Positions 1-8,095 of a stretch of DNA of 32,035 bases are shown here, piece by piece. The stretch is from Bacteriovoracia bacterium. GTDB taxonomy: Bacteria > Bdellovibrionota > Bacteriovoracia > Bacteriovoracales > Bacteriovoracaceae. Under the pieces are notes generated by a model. That model had not been told where the DNA came from, did not search any database, and worked only from the letters and a program-made list of their open reading frames with translations. How positions within the stretch are numbered: position 1 is the stretch's first letter; every line of letters starts with the position of its first letter. A program made the position numbers and the translations under genes. Location of the stretch: positions 1 to 32,035 of the forward strand of contig JBKHVI010000030.1 of the NCBI GenBank assembly GCA_046570105.1, in the 5' to 3' direction.

Positions 1-108
1 CCGAAGGAAACTCAGAAATTTCCGGTAAAAGCGTCAATCTACCACCGAACAATGAAACCTAAGACAATAAAGGAGCTCCGTGATGCAAAGTCTTTTCTCC
101 GTGGATAA
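1..108 (+). CDS. 3' end of an upstream gene (partial)
   Basis: Frame 1 is open from base 1 (PKETQKFPVKASIYHR...) to TAA at 106-108 and overlaps the next start, as in the rest of this operon. Confidence 0.4.
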   Translation, partial: PKETQKFPVKASIYHRTMKPKTIKELRDAKSFLRG

Positions 109-541
109 ACACAAGGAGATGGCCCAGGGCCTACTTTTAAAGGTGAATCTCGGGCTCATTATTCTTACCACAATCATCCTCCTATATGTTTGCAGTCAGA
201 GGATCTTCATTACGGAATCTGAGCTGGTCAGCAATGAAGCATCTAAGCGGGACTTCTGCGCTTTAACTATGAAACAGATGATTCAGAAAAAACTCTCACC
301 CAAACTGATGCAACAGGCCCTTTTTGATCTTGTCACCCGAGATAACTATTCGGCCCTCTTCCTAAAGGGGAAAGAAAAAATAACTGGTCTCTGGTCAGGA
401 GAAGAGTCTTGCAAAATTCTGATTAAAGGTGAGGTGCTTCGATCATTTGATTTTTATCTTACAGCCTCCGGTGAGTTCCCTTTCTATTATCAGGTGAAAA
501 AAATTACTGAGAATGAACTTTATGAAAAGGAGATGGAATAA
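80..541 (+). CDS. Single-TM protein, probable T4SS inner-membrane component (VirB8/TraE-like position)
   Basis: AGGAG at 71-75; one N-terminal hydrophobic helix (LGLIILTTIILLYVC); lies before VirB9/VirB10-like genes. Family call is from context only. Confidence 0.5.
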   Translation: MMQSLFSVDKHKEMAQGLLLKVNLGLIILTTIILLYVCSQRIFITESELVSNEASKRDFCALTMKQMIQKKLSPKLMQQALFDLVTRDNYSALFLKGKEKITGLWSGEESCKILIKGEVLRSFDFYLTASGEFPFYYQVKKITENELYEKEME

Positions 542-1008
542 TGGATTTTTATATCCTCGCCAAAAGTATTGCTTGTCTCTTTCTATCTCTCAGCTCTCCG
601 ACCACACTGGTTTTCCAAGAACCCATTGAGTACGTGAGCGCAGGTAAGAATGGAGATTTTGTCCTGAATCGCTCTAACAATCAAAAAATCCTGGTCATCC
701 AGCCACGTAAAGATATCGGCGAAACAAGTATGGTCGTTATCACCAAAGATCAACATTTCCAGTTCAAGGTGAAGACCGTAGATAAAGGGCACCATGCTTT
801 TGTTTACGTCTATCCCGGAATGGTGAATAAAACTTTCATCAAAAAAATGGATACAAGTGTTTATCGAATTCTTGAGGGCGACACCTCAATTCTAGTTCAG
901 AACAAACGGGACGTCCCTCTCCGAGTTAATGGGAAACAGGTTAAGCGAGAGGAGCATTTCTCTAAAGGAGTTCCCCTCTTTATCAACGACCAACGGGTAT
1001 TGAACTAA
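541..1008 (+). CDS. Probable T4SS core protein (VirB9/TraK-like, short)
   Basis: Signal-like N-terminus; beta-rich PTTLVFQEPIEYV...ILVIQP...TSMVVIT..FQFKV pattern; immediately upstream of the VirB10-like gene. Confidence 0.55.
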   Translation: MDFYILAKSIACLFLSLSSPTTLVFQEPIEYVSAGKNGDFVLNRSNNQKILVIQPRKDIGETSMVVITKDQHFQFKVKTVDKGHHAFVYVYPGMVNKTFIKKMDTSVYRILEGDTSILVQNKRDVPLRVNGKQVKREEHFSKGVPLFINDQRVLN

Positions 1009-1009
1009 A

Positions 1010-1786
1010 ATGAAACAGGCCATACTTATTTTCCTGCTCAGTATTCCATGCTGGGCCGGAGAATCATTACTTAAAATTATTCCTCCAAAGTCTAAAACGA
1101 CTATAACTTCTCCTAAGAGGGCCTGGAAAAGTGCTCACCCTCTTCCGAAGATGGATTCTGCTCTTCTCCGTCTGGAGGAGCAGAATCGTAGGATCAATGA
1201 TGCTTTAGGTGTTCATCAACAAAAACCCGCAATCTGGGATTTTACCAATCAGTATGATTTAAAAACTGGATCAGTATTTCGAGGAATCCTTCTTAATTCC
1301 ATCGTCTCCACCAATCTTGAATCTCCCATATTAGTTCAAATCACAGCAGGTCAGGAATTGCCTGCCGGAACGAAGTTTTCATGTATTGGAGTGACAAAGT
1401 ATAAGCGTGTTGTAGCGGCCTGCAATCGGTTGATCATGCCGGATGAAGACCGAGAGTTTGAAGTACAAGTCAGTCTTCTTAACCTCGATGGCTCAAGTGG
1501 TCTAAAAGCTGATTACTACTATACGGGGAAGGAAGAGTTTGTTGCCGCAAGTGTCGCCACTTCTTTCGCCCGAGGCATGATTGAGCTTCAAACCGAGCGT
1601 CTGGCAACTCCACTTGGAGAACTTACAGCAAATACCTCAAAAAACCGCATTCTTAATGGTGCATTGGGTGCAACTGATGAAGTTAACAGTCTGGTGAAGT
1701 CCGAGATGCAAAACAAAGAGCCTAAGGTTTATGTGAAATCCGGTAAAGAAATCTTGGTCTACTTTCATGAGAGGTTCAAACTATGA
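1010..1786 (+). CDS. TrbI/VirB10-like T4SS core protein
   Basis: LKTGSVFRGILLNSIVS...LPAGTKF...LDGSSGL...PKVYVKSGKEILVYF is the typical VirB10 C-terminal domain layout; N-terminal signal/anchor. Confidence 0.75.
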   Translation: MKQAILIFLLSIPCWAGESLLKIIPPKSKTTITSPKRAWKSAHPLPKMDSALLRLEEQNRRINDALGVHQQKPAIWDFTNQYDLKTGSVFRGILLNSIVSTNLESPILVQITAGQELPAGTKFSCIGVTKYKRVVAACNRLIMPDEDREFEVQVSLLNLDGSSGLKADYYYTGKEEFVAASVATSFARGMIELQTERLATPLGELTANTSKNRILNGALGATDEVNSLVKSEMQNKEPKVYVKSGKEILVYFHERFKL

Positions 1787-2274
1787 AAAACTATCTATTT
1801 ATTCTTTTTTTTCTTTTAGGAATTACTTCCTGCTCATCTCTTAAAAAATCATTGGTCTATGGAGGACTTGCAGGGGCCGCAATCGGTGTCTCCGGTGGCA
1901 ATGCTTTAAGTCCTGATCCTGAGTCACGCAATCCCAATATGGCCGTATGGGGCAGCCTGGGAGTAATTGTAGGGGCAGGTCTTGGTTATCTGTTTTATAT
2001 GGATGACCCGGAAAACCTGGAGCTTCCTTCCATGATCCTTCCCGCTGGAGAGAAGCCTTATTCTCATGATCAAAAATTCAATAAGGCCATCATCATTCCC
2101 AGTGACTCTAAAAAATACAAAGTTGAGTCTGGCCCCTTACCGGATCATCTCAAGAACAAAGTGAAAAAACCATACGTCATTGAGCACGAGATTCCCGAAA
2201 GAATCGAAGAGCTGAAAAATGGAAAGACGATCACGATTGAAGCCCACAAGGCCTGGGAGGTATCGTTTGAGTAA
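1783..2274 (+). CDS. Conjugation-associated lipoprotein with glycine zipper
   Basis: Lipobox GITSC; GGLAGAAIG / GSLGVIVGAGLG glycine-rich helices; ATGA overlap with the upstream gene. Confidence 0.7.
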   Translation: MKNYLFILFFLLGITSCSSLKKSLVYGGLAGAAIGVSGGNALSPDPESRNPNMAVWGSLGVIVGAGLGYLFYMDDPENLELPSMILPAGEKPYSHDQKFNKAIIIPSDSKKYKVESGPLPDHLKNKVKKPYVIEHEIPERIEELKNGKTITIEAHKAWEVSFE

Positions 2275-3694
2275 CAAGGGAGGGCAAGGATTTGATTTAT
2301 TCTCACCGCTGATGGAAGGATTTGTTGAAGTTTTTCAAAGTCTCGCGGATGTTGGCATAAAACTTTTAGGGAGCAAATTTCAGACTGCTTTTAAGCCCAC
2401 AAAAAATCAAGGTCGGATGAGAGTTGATTACTCAATGCTGACAGATAAAAGGCAGGCAACAGGACCAGATGATTTAGGATGGTCAATTAATCAGACAGGC
2501 AACTATAAACTTCGCTACCTTTCTCCTCACCTTCATACCTTTATTATTGGCGCGTCAGGCTGGGGGAAGACGAATTTATTGAATATTCTTATGGAAGATA
2601 ATCTTAAAAATGGTCGTCCGATCATCTTTATTGATCCCAAAGGGACAAAAGAATCAATCAAGCATTTTCAAGGCCTCTGCCAGCGATACAGCAGAAGCCT
2701 TTATGTATTTTCTGAGCACAGTCCTGGAATGAAAAGGTTTAACCCTCTGGCATCAATGGATGCAGATCAGGCACTCATTATGATTATGCGCTCATTTGAC
2801 TGGGGTGAATCTCCTAACGAATATTATCTGAACTGCTCAAGGAAAGCACTAAAAATGGTTTTAGATGAACTCTATGCTTCAAAGAGGAAGTTTGGCCTGC
2901 ATGAGGTTTATAAGGAATTAGAAGCAAAACATGCAACAGAAGAAACTTCAGGTCTTCGCACTCAAATGTATCTTTTAATTAGTTCAACCTTTGGGCATTT
3001 ATTCGACGTCTCTGGCGGAGATGAAGCCATGAACTTCAGGAAGGCCTGGGAAGAAGGAGCATGTTTATATCTCGGGATCTCCACTATGGGTTATGGAACA
3101 CTCTCCAGAACGATAGGTAAAATGTTTGTGAGTGAATTGCAAACTCTCGCCCATAACGTAGGAGTTATTTTTGACAATCAAGATGAGGCGATAAAGAAAT
3201 CGATTGGAGTTTTTATCGATGAAGCAGGAAGTGTGCTTTTTTCTGACTTCATTGATCTCGCCAACAAAGCAAGGTCAAGTGGTGTCAATCTAACGATTGC
3301 CGTTCAATCCTATTCAGACATGGAAATGGTATCAGGCTCAGAAACTCTTATGAAGCAGCTGATGGAATCCTTTTCTACTTGGATTGTTCAAAGGCAGCTC
3401 AACCCTGACAATGCAGAGAAGCTTGCAAGCATTTTTGGTACTTACTTATCTGAAAAGAAAACAGCCATGACTGAGGCAGGTTCAGAATCCTTAAAGGGAA
3501 GTGTGCGTGAAGCTTATGAATATTTCACTCATCCTGATGTTTTAAAATCCATTAACATTGGGCAAGCATTGTTACTTACGATGAGCCCAAAGGACATTCA
3601 TCTATTGAATGTTCGTAATGCCAAGGAAACCCAAAAATTTCAAGAAGAAGTAAAAGAGAAAGTCTTCAAAGATCGCTTAGGAGGTCAAAAATGA
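2267..3694 (+). CDS. Type IV coupling protein (VirD4/TraD-like ATPase)
   Basis: Walker A GASGWGKT, IDPKG, Walker B VFIDEAG, KARSSG..AVQS; start re-called to TTG 2267 with GGGAGG at 2255-2260. Confidence 0.9.
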   Translation: MSNKGGQGFDLFSPLMEGFVEVFQSLADVGIKLLGSKFQTAFKPTKNQGRMRVDYSMLTDKRQATGPDDLGWSINQTGNYKLRYLSPHLHTFIIGASGWGKTNLLNILMEDNLKNGRPIIFIDPKGTKESIKHFQGLCQRYSRSLYVFSEHSPGMKRFNPLASMDADQALIMIMRSFDWGESPNEYYLNCSRKALKMVLDELYASKRKFGLHEVYKELEAKHATEETSGLRTQMYLLISSTFGHLFDVSGGDEAMNFRKAWEEGACLYLGISTMGYGTLSRTIGKMFVSELQTLAHNVGVIFDNQDEAIKKSIGVFIDEAGSVLFSDFIDLANKARSSGVNLTIAVQSYSDMEMVSGSETLMKQLMESFSTWIVQRQLNPDNAEKLASIFGTYLSEKKTAMTEAGSESLKGSVREAYEYFTHPDVLKSINIGQALLLTMSPKDIHLLNVRNAKETQKFQEEVKEKVFKDRLGGQK

Positions 3695-4437
3695 CAGTCG
3701 ATTTTTATCTTGAACAATATGACCCCATTTTAAAACAAGTTCTAAAATGGCGCGCCCTACCTCTCCCACTTTTAAAAGAGCTTTCGGATTACCAAGGACT
3801 CGACAGTAGCTTTAGAAAAGTTATTCAAAAGCTTGAAAAAGTGGCTCTCCTGAAAAGTCGTCCCTTCAAAGGTAAGTCTAAACTTGTCTATCTTGGCCCA
3901 GAACTCATTAAGAGTTCTCCTGGTCGGGTGATCCCTCTCTATGACGAAAGTCTTATTCATGAGGCCGTTGTGACAATGGTTTCTAACCGCTTTTTGCAAT
4001 GGGGAGTCTTCAAGGAAGTGATTCTCGCTCATGAGGTCATTACATCATCTTTCGGTTTTGGAATCCGTCGTTTACCCGATGCCATCCTCGAAGGCAAGAT
4101 TGGTAATGACTCTTTCAAACTTGCTCTGGAAATTGAGCTGACTCAAAAAGCAAAAACAAGAATAAAGAACAAGATTGAAGACTATCTATCGAATAAGGTT
4201 TTCGACTACATCTTTTACATCTTCAATGATGAGGCAGTCTATTCAAGTTATAAGAAGACAATCGTCGATATAATCAAATCCAGAGACAGTAAATGGAAAC
4301 AGGAAGCTGAAATAAGATTCATCCTGGGCTTCAAAAAGGACATCTTACATACCGGAATTAACTTGCATGACCTTGAAGTATTTTACAAAGGCCATCATAC
4401 CAGTGTCGAGAATGTCTTCAATGGCCAAGATGAGTGA
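3691..4437 (+). CDS. Replication-relaxation family / MOBC-type relaxase
   Basis: PD-x16-EIELTQKAKTR matches the MOBC signature D-x(6-17)-ExE(R/L)xxKxxxR; wHTH-like N-terminus; ATGA-coupled to the coupling protein. Confidence 0.75.
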   Translation: MTVDFYLEQYDPILKQVLKWRALPLPLLKELSDYQGLDSSFRKVIQKLEKVALLKSRPFKGKSKLVYLGPELIKSSPGRVIPLYDESLIHEAVVTMVSNRFLQWGVFKEVILAHEVITSSFGFGIRRLPDAILEGKIGNDSFKLALEIELTQKAKTRIKNKIEDYLSNKVFDYIFYIFNDEAVYSSYKKTIVDIIKSRDSKWKQEAEIRFILGFKKDILHTGINLHDLEVFYKGHHTSVENVFNGQDE

Positions 4438-4497
4438 TATGGGAGCGACACTGGGATTTAAAAAGAGCGTGAATGAAGGGGTCTATTTTAAAGTAAC

Positions 4498-4614
4498 CCC
4501 AACCGTGCGAATTCTTTGAAGAAATTGCCTCTCCAAAACTGACCTCCCTCCCTCAACGTTGTATCGAGAAGGAGGTCAGTTTTGGTCGGCAATAGAAGAA
4601 TTCGCACGGTTGGG
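4498..4614. repeat. 117-nt imperfect inverted repeat; candidate oriT
   Basis: Perfect stems: 4498-4516/4596-4614 (19 bp), 4524-4529/4588-4593 (6 bp), 4533-4547/4571-4585 (15 bp). The IR is directly visible; the oriT role is inferred. Confidence 0.9.
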
Positions 4615-4637
4615 AAATCAACAAGGAAGAAAAAAAG

Positions 4638-4687
4638 TGAATCAAGTAATGAATGTATTGAGTGGAAGAATGAATTTGGAAATGAAG
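4638..4687 (+). repeat. Five phased TGARK pentamers next to the large IR
   Basis: TGAAT 4638, TGAAT 4650, TGAGT 4659, TGAAT 4671, TGAAG 4683 (spacings 12, 9, 12, 12). Confidence 0.45.
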
Positions 4688-4768
4688 AAGAAAACGGGGA
4701 CGAGATCGGAGGCAGTAGGAACTTTAGAGACAGGAATTGCAAAAGAGACAGAAGGAAGGAGGAACTTT

Positions 4769-5149
4769 ATGAATACGAATGAAATAGTTACAGAAGAAGG
4801 AACTAAGAAAAGGAAGGGCAGGAAAAAAAAGGAATCAAATGAAGGAGACCAGGCCAGTAAGGAACAGAACAAATTTTTCATTGATGTTAGCAAGGATGCT
4901 GAGAGCAAGGAAATGCTCTTGTCTCTACTCGCTCAAGTAAACAATAAGACCTATGGCCGCGAAATAATCCTCAAAGACCTCATTCTTGTCGCTCTACCTA
5001 AGCTTTCCTCAAAAGACCTGGAAAAGATTCAAGAGAATAGTCTGTCGGAAATGGAAAAGGTCGAACGCGCTCTGGATGAGCACAACAGAAAGTCAGATGT
5101 GAAACTTACCCTCGGTGAATTTCTGGTAAGAAAACTTGGCATTAATTAA
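4769..5149 (+). CDS. Small DNA-binding protein (possible ribbon-helix-helix relaxosome accessory), 126 aa
   Basis: AGGAGG at 4757-4762 supports ATG 4769; basic disordered N-terminus followed by KFFIDV strand-helix-helix pattern; adjacent to the candidate oriT. Confidence 0.55.
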   Translation: MNTNEIVTEEGTKKRKGRKKKESNEGDQASKEQNKFFIDVSKDAESKEMLLSLLAQVNNKTYGREIILKDLILVALPKLSSKDLEKIQENSLSEMEKVERALDEHNRKSDVKLTLGEFLVRKLGIN

Positions 5150-5162
5150 AAGGAGATCACAA

Positions 5163-5465
5163 ATGTCAGAACAAAAGATTATATTTGGAAGGCTTGGCAA
5201 AAACCCAGAGCTTAAGTACACCAGAAAACAGGAGCCAATCTGTTACTTATCGGTCGCCGAAAATACAAAAGAGAGCGATAAACCCCACTGGCATAAGGTG
5301 ATCGTCTGGGGAAAGCAAGCCGAACAATGCAGCGTCTTCCTAAAAAAAGGTCTGCCCATTTTTGTGCGTGGCCAAAATCACAGTCGGGAATTTACTACGG
5401 AAGCAGGAGAGAAGAAGCAATTGATCGAGCTAAAAGCTGATCTTGTTGGCTTCACCTTTTCCTAA
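5163..5465 (+). CDS. ssb: Single-stranded DNA-binding protein, OB fold only (100 aa)
   Basis: GRLGKNPELKYT...WHKVIVWGKQAE...LKKG..IFVRG; AGGAG precedes ATG 5163. Confidence 0.9.
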   Translation: MSEQKIIFGRLGKNPELKYTRKQEPICYLSVAENTKESDKPHWHKVIVWGKQAEQCSVFLKKGLPIFVRGQNHSREFTTEAGEKKQLIELKADLVGFTFS

Positions 5466-5494
5466 AGACTTAACCAATTTTCCAAGGAGATTGA

Positions 5495-5755
5495 ATGGGT
5501 CGAAATGGACAAATTCTTCATCACATTTCAAATAAAGAATGTTATCCTAAGTCTGGCATTGAGGAGTCCAATTCTCGAAGCCAGCTCTTTAACAATTTAA
5601 TATGGGGTATAGACGAGGTATCTCGCTTCACATCTTATTCTAAGGGTACAATTTACAACTTAGTTTCAGAGGGCGACATACCATACAGAAAGAGACGTGG
5701 AAGGCTCTGGTTCATTCCTAGTGAAGTCTTAAAATGGCTTAAAGGAGAACTATGA
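5495..5755 (+). CDS. Excisionase-like helix-turn-helix protein
   Basis: IDEVSRFTSYSKGTIYNLVSEGDIPYRKRRGRLWF..SEVLKWL is the HTH_17/Xis pattern; overlaps the integrase start. Confidence 0.85.
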   Translation: MGRNGQILHHISNKECYPKSGIEESNSRSQLFNNLIWGIDEVSRFTSYSKGTIYNLVSEGDIPYRKRRGRLWFIPSEVLKWLKGEL

Positions 5756-7002
5756 GTAAGAAAGGTTATGTAAAAGTTAAAGGTGCGGAAGGCATCTACA
5801 AGTATCAGAAGTCTGGAAACTACCTTGCGATGAAAAAAATCAACGGCAAGCAGTACCAGGAGACTTTCAATACTATTTTTGAAGCTAAACAGTGGCGTAA
5901 AACTTTTGATGGGATTTCTTTTGTCCCAACAGCAGAAGCCGCTGAAAGCAAATCAAATTTCTCGACACTTCAAGAAATTTGGGAGGTGATGCAAAAGCAT
6001 CACTTCCCTACTCTCGCCACAAGTACCAAGGACATTTGGCGCCGTCGCTATGAGCTTCTTAAAGACCTTGAACATCTTCCGATGGATAAGATTACGCCAT
6101 CCAAGATTACCTCTTGGGTCAACAAGCATGTCGAACACTTTAAAAGTGAAGAATACCAAGGCTCAGGCCGAGGTCGTGCAGGAAGGTGTAACCTTAACAA
6201 CGAACTTAACATGTTCGTAACCATCTTCAATTGGTACAAGGGAAGTGAGCAGTTTGAAAAAGAAGCGGTTCTTCTGACAAGTCCAGTAAAAACCAAGCAT
6301 CGAAAACTTGGGTTCATCAAGCCTGTTCCTGACAAGAAGAAGCAAATTGATGTTCAAAGTGCTTTTCTATTTTTTGATTATCTTCCTCCGCTCTATCGAG
6401 AGCTGGCCCAGATGCAGTTTTACTGTGCTGGTCGAATTGGCGAGATTTGCGGAATTCAGTGGAGCAATGTTGATCTGAAGAATCGTCGGATGTTGATTAA
6501 GCACTCTTGTACCTTTCATTCAGCGAATAAGACTTTCCTTGAACTCAAACCATTCCCAAAGAACAAAGAAGCAAGACCGGTTTTCATCACGGATGAAATC
6601 CTGGAAATCCTAAAAAAGCGGGAAGCTTTTAGAATTTTGGGAAATGACTTTGTTTTTCATGTGGAGGGAAAGCCGATCAACTACGGCACTGTTCAGATGA
6701 ACTATCGAGATGCACAAAGAAAAAGTGGTATTCCTTATTCAGGAACTCACATCCTGAGGCATGGGATGGCCAAGCTTGCTAGACAAATTGGTGGTGGCCT
6801 TGATGCTGTAATGGCCATGACAGGCCATAAAGATTTGAAACTTGCTGACCACTATTCCAAGTGTGACGAAGACGACCAAAAGCACTTTTCGGAAAAGATT
6901 ATGGATCATATCCGTAAGACAATCCATCCCGAGGATGCTGGTCATGCCAGCTTCGAGAACGTTGTCTCGTTACGAAAGTTCAAAAATGCCACTAATTCCT
7001 GA
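5752..7002 (+). CDS. Tyrosine recombinase / integrase
   Basis: Catalytic set GRIGE (R), HILRH (HxxR), TGH...DHY (H, Y); 416 aa with an N-terminal arm-binding-type region. Confidence 0.95.
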   Translation: MSKKGYVKVKGAEGIYKYQKSGNYLAMKKINGKQYQETFNTIFEAKQWRKTFDGISFVPTAEAAESKSNFSTLQEIWEVMQKHHFPTLATSTKDIWRRRYELLKDLEHLPMDKITPSKITSWVNKHVEHFKSEEYQGSGRGRAGRCNLNNELNMFVTIFNWYKGSEQFEKEAVLLTSPVKTKHRKLGFIKPVPDKKKQIDVQSAFLFFDYLPPLYRELAQMQFYCAGRIGEICGIQWSNVDLKNRRMLIKHSCTFHSANKTFLELKPFPKNKEARPVFITDEILEILKKREAFRILGNDFVFHVEGKPINYGTVQMNYRDAQRKSGIPYSGTHILRHGMAKLARQIGGGLDAVMAMTGHKDLKLADHYSKCDEDDQKHFSEKIMDHIRKTIHPEDAGHASFENVVSLRKFKNATNS

Positions 7003-7008
7003 TTTTCA

Positions 7009-7048
7009 GGCTGGCATGGGCTGGCATAGAGCATTTTTGTGTTACAAT
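7009..7048 (+). promoter_or_regulatory. Tandem GGCTGGCAT repeats plus extended -10 promoter facing mutM
   Basis: GGCTGGCAT at 7009-7017 and 7019-7027; TG-T-TACAAT at 7040-7048. Confidence 0.55.
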
Positions 7049-7079
7049 TTACGAGTATTTTCAAAAGGTTAAATGACAT

Positions 7080-7895
7080 ATGCCTGAACTACCCGAAGTT
7101 GAAACGATTCGCTCGCAACTCTCCGCGATACTTCCTTTTGAAGTAAAGTCCACCGCACAGACAAAACAACTCAAGCAAAATGTTTTGCACACGAACCTCG
7201 CCTTAAACGGCCTCACCTTCACTCGTGCCGCCCGCAAAGGCAAAATGCTCGACTTCATTTTGTCTGACGGGTCTCATCTGCTCTCGCATCTCGGCATGAC
7301 CGGCACATGGCTTATCACTGACACACGTCCCACCAATAAACACGCGCATCTCATCCTCGAAGGAATCACCCCTCTTGGACCCAAATTTCTGGTCTATGAT
7401 GATCCGCGCCGCTTTGGTCATATGTATCATCTCTCTGATCCCGAAGCGCATGTGAAGCTCGCAGAACTCGGCCCCGATCTTACAACTCCTGAATTCACTT
7501 TAGAGTTTATGATCGCGGCATTTAAACGCATGCCCGGCCGCGCGATTAAAGTCGCGCTCCTTGATCAAAAATATTTCGCGGGTTCTGGTAACTACATCGC
7601 TAATGAAATCTGCGCTCACGCCGGCATCCGTCCCACGCGTCTGTGCTCCAAAATTAAAGCTGTGGAGTTTCCTAAAATCTTCGCCGCCATTCACTTAGTG
7701 ATTAGCGGAGCGATTAACTCCGGAGGTACCACCTTCCAAGGCGGCTATCGCGATACCTCAGGTGAGAAAGGTCTGGGAGTGAATAACTTAGTGGTGTTCT
7801 GGCAGAAGACTTGTCAGTTATGTAAAAAAACAGCGGTCAAAAAAATCGTGCTCGCGCAACGAGGCACTTACTATTGTCCTAAATGTCAGAGTTAG
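7080..7895 (+). CDS. mutM: Formamidopyrimidine-DNA glycosylase
   Basis: MPELPEVET N-terminus, RKGK, HLGMTG, DPRRFG, LLDQ..AG.GNY, C-terminal CxxC...RGTYYCPKCQ zinc finger. Confidence 0.97.
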   Translation: MPELPEVETIRSQLSAILPFEVKSTAQTKQLKQNVLHTNLALNGLTFTRAARKGKMLDFILSDGSHLLSHLGMTGTWLITDTRPTNKHAHLILEGITPLGPKFLVYDDPRRFGHMYHLSDPEAHVKLAELGPDLTTPEFTLEFMIAAFKRMPGRAIKVALLDQKYFAGSGNYIANEICAHAGIRPTRLCSKIKAVEFPKIFAAIHLVISGAINSGGTTFQGGYRDTSGEKGLGVNNLVVFWQKTCQLCKKTAVKKIVLAQRGTYYCPKCQS

Positions 7896-8095
7896 AATTC
7901 TTTTGAAGCAATAAGCCCCGTCGTACCATCCAACATCGGCAAGACACGCCAACTGGACTCTTTTTTCTCTGCTTTGGTTTTTCCCATCTTGAGTTCTTCC
8001 ATCCCCACCACATACCCCATGGCAATTCCTAGGGGATAGTCACTCGCCCAGTGCACACCGTTGTTGACCATCTGATAGCCCAAGGCGGTGAGCCA
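7892..8095 (-). pseudogene. 3' remnant of a PAP2-family phosphatase gene
   Basis: Only the last PAP2 motif remains (QMVNNGVHWASDYPLGIAMGY); motifs 1-2 and a credible start are missing. Confidence 0.7.

Larger units (their letters stand above)
1..7079 (+). mobile_element. Integrative conjugative element (ICE), right arm; left end is outside the window and the right boundary is approximate
   Basis: Co-oriented T4SS-like genes, coupling protein, relaxase, ssb, excisionase and tyrosine integrase, ending at housekeeping mutM. Confidence 0.85.

Noticed and set aside
2219..2266. Longer N-terminus for the coupling protein
   Set aside because: It overlaps the upstream gene by 56 nt and has no RBS; TTG 2267 has GGGAGG at good spacing
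4498..4614. Large hairpin as a retron msr/msd, CRISPR repeat or simple terminator
   Set aside because: No reverse transcriptase or cas gene in the window, no repeat-spacer periodicity, no T-tract, and it is much longer than a terminator stem
4488..4782. ORFs 4488-4742(-), 4582-4782(+) and the N-terminal 70 aa of 4559-5149 sharing REGGQFW/EFARLG
   Set aside because: The shared peptides are a by-product of the DNA inverted repeat, and the low-complexity purine tract keeps frames open; the strong RBS points to ATG 4769
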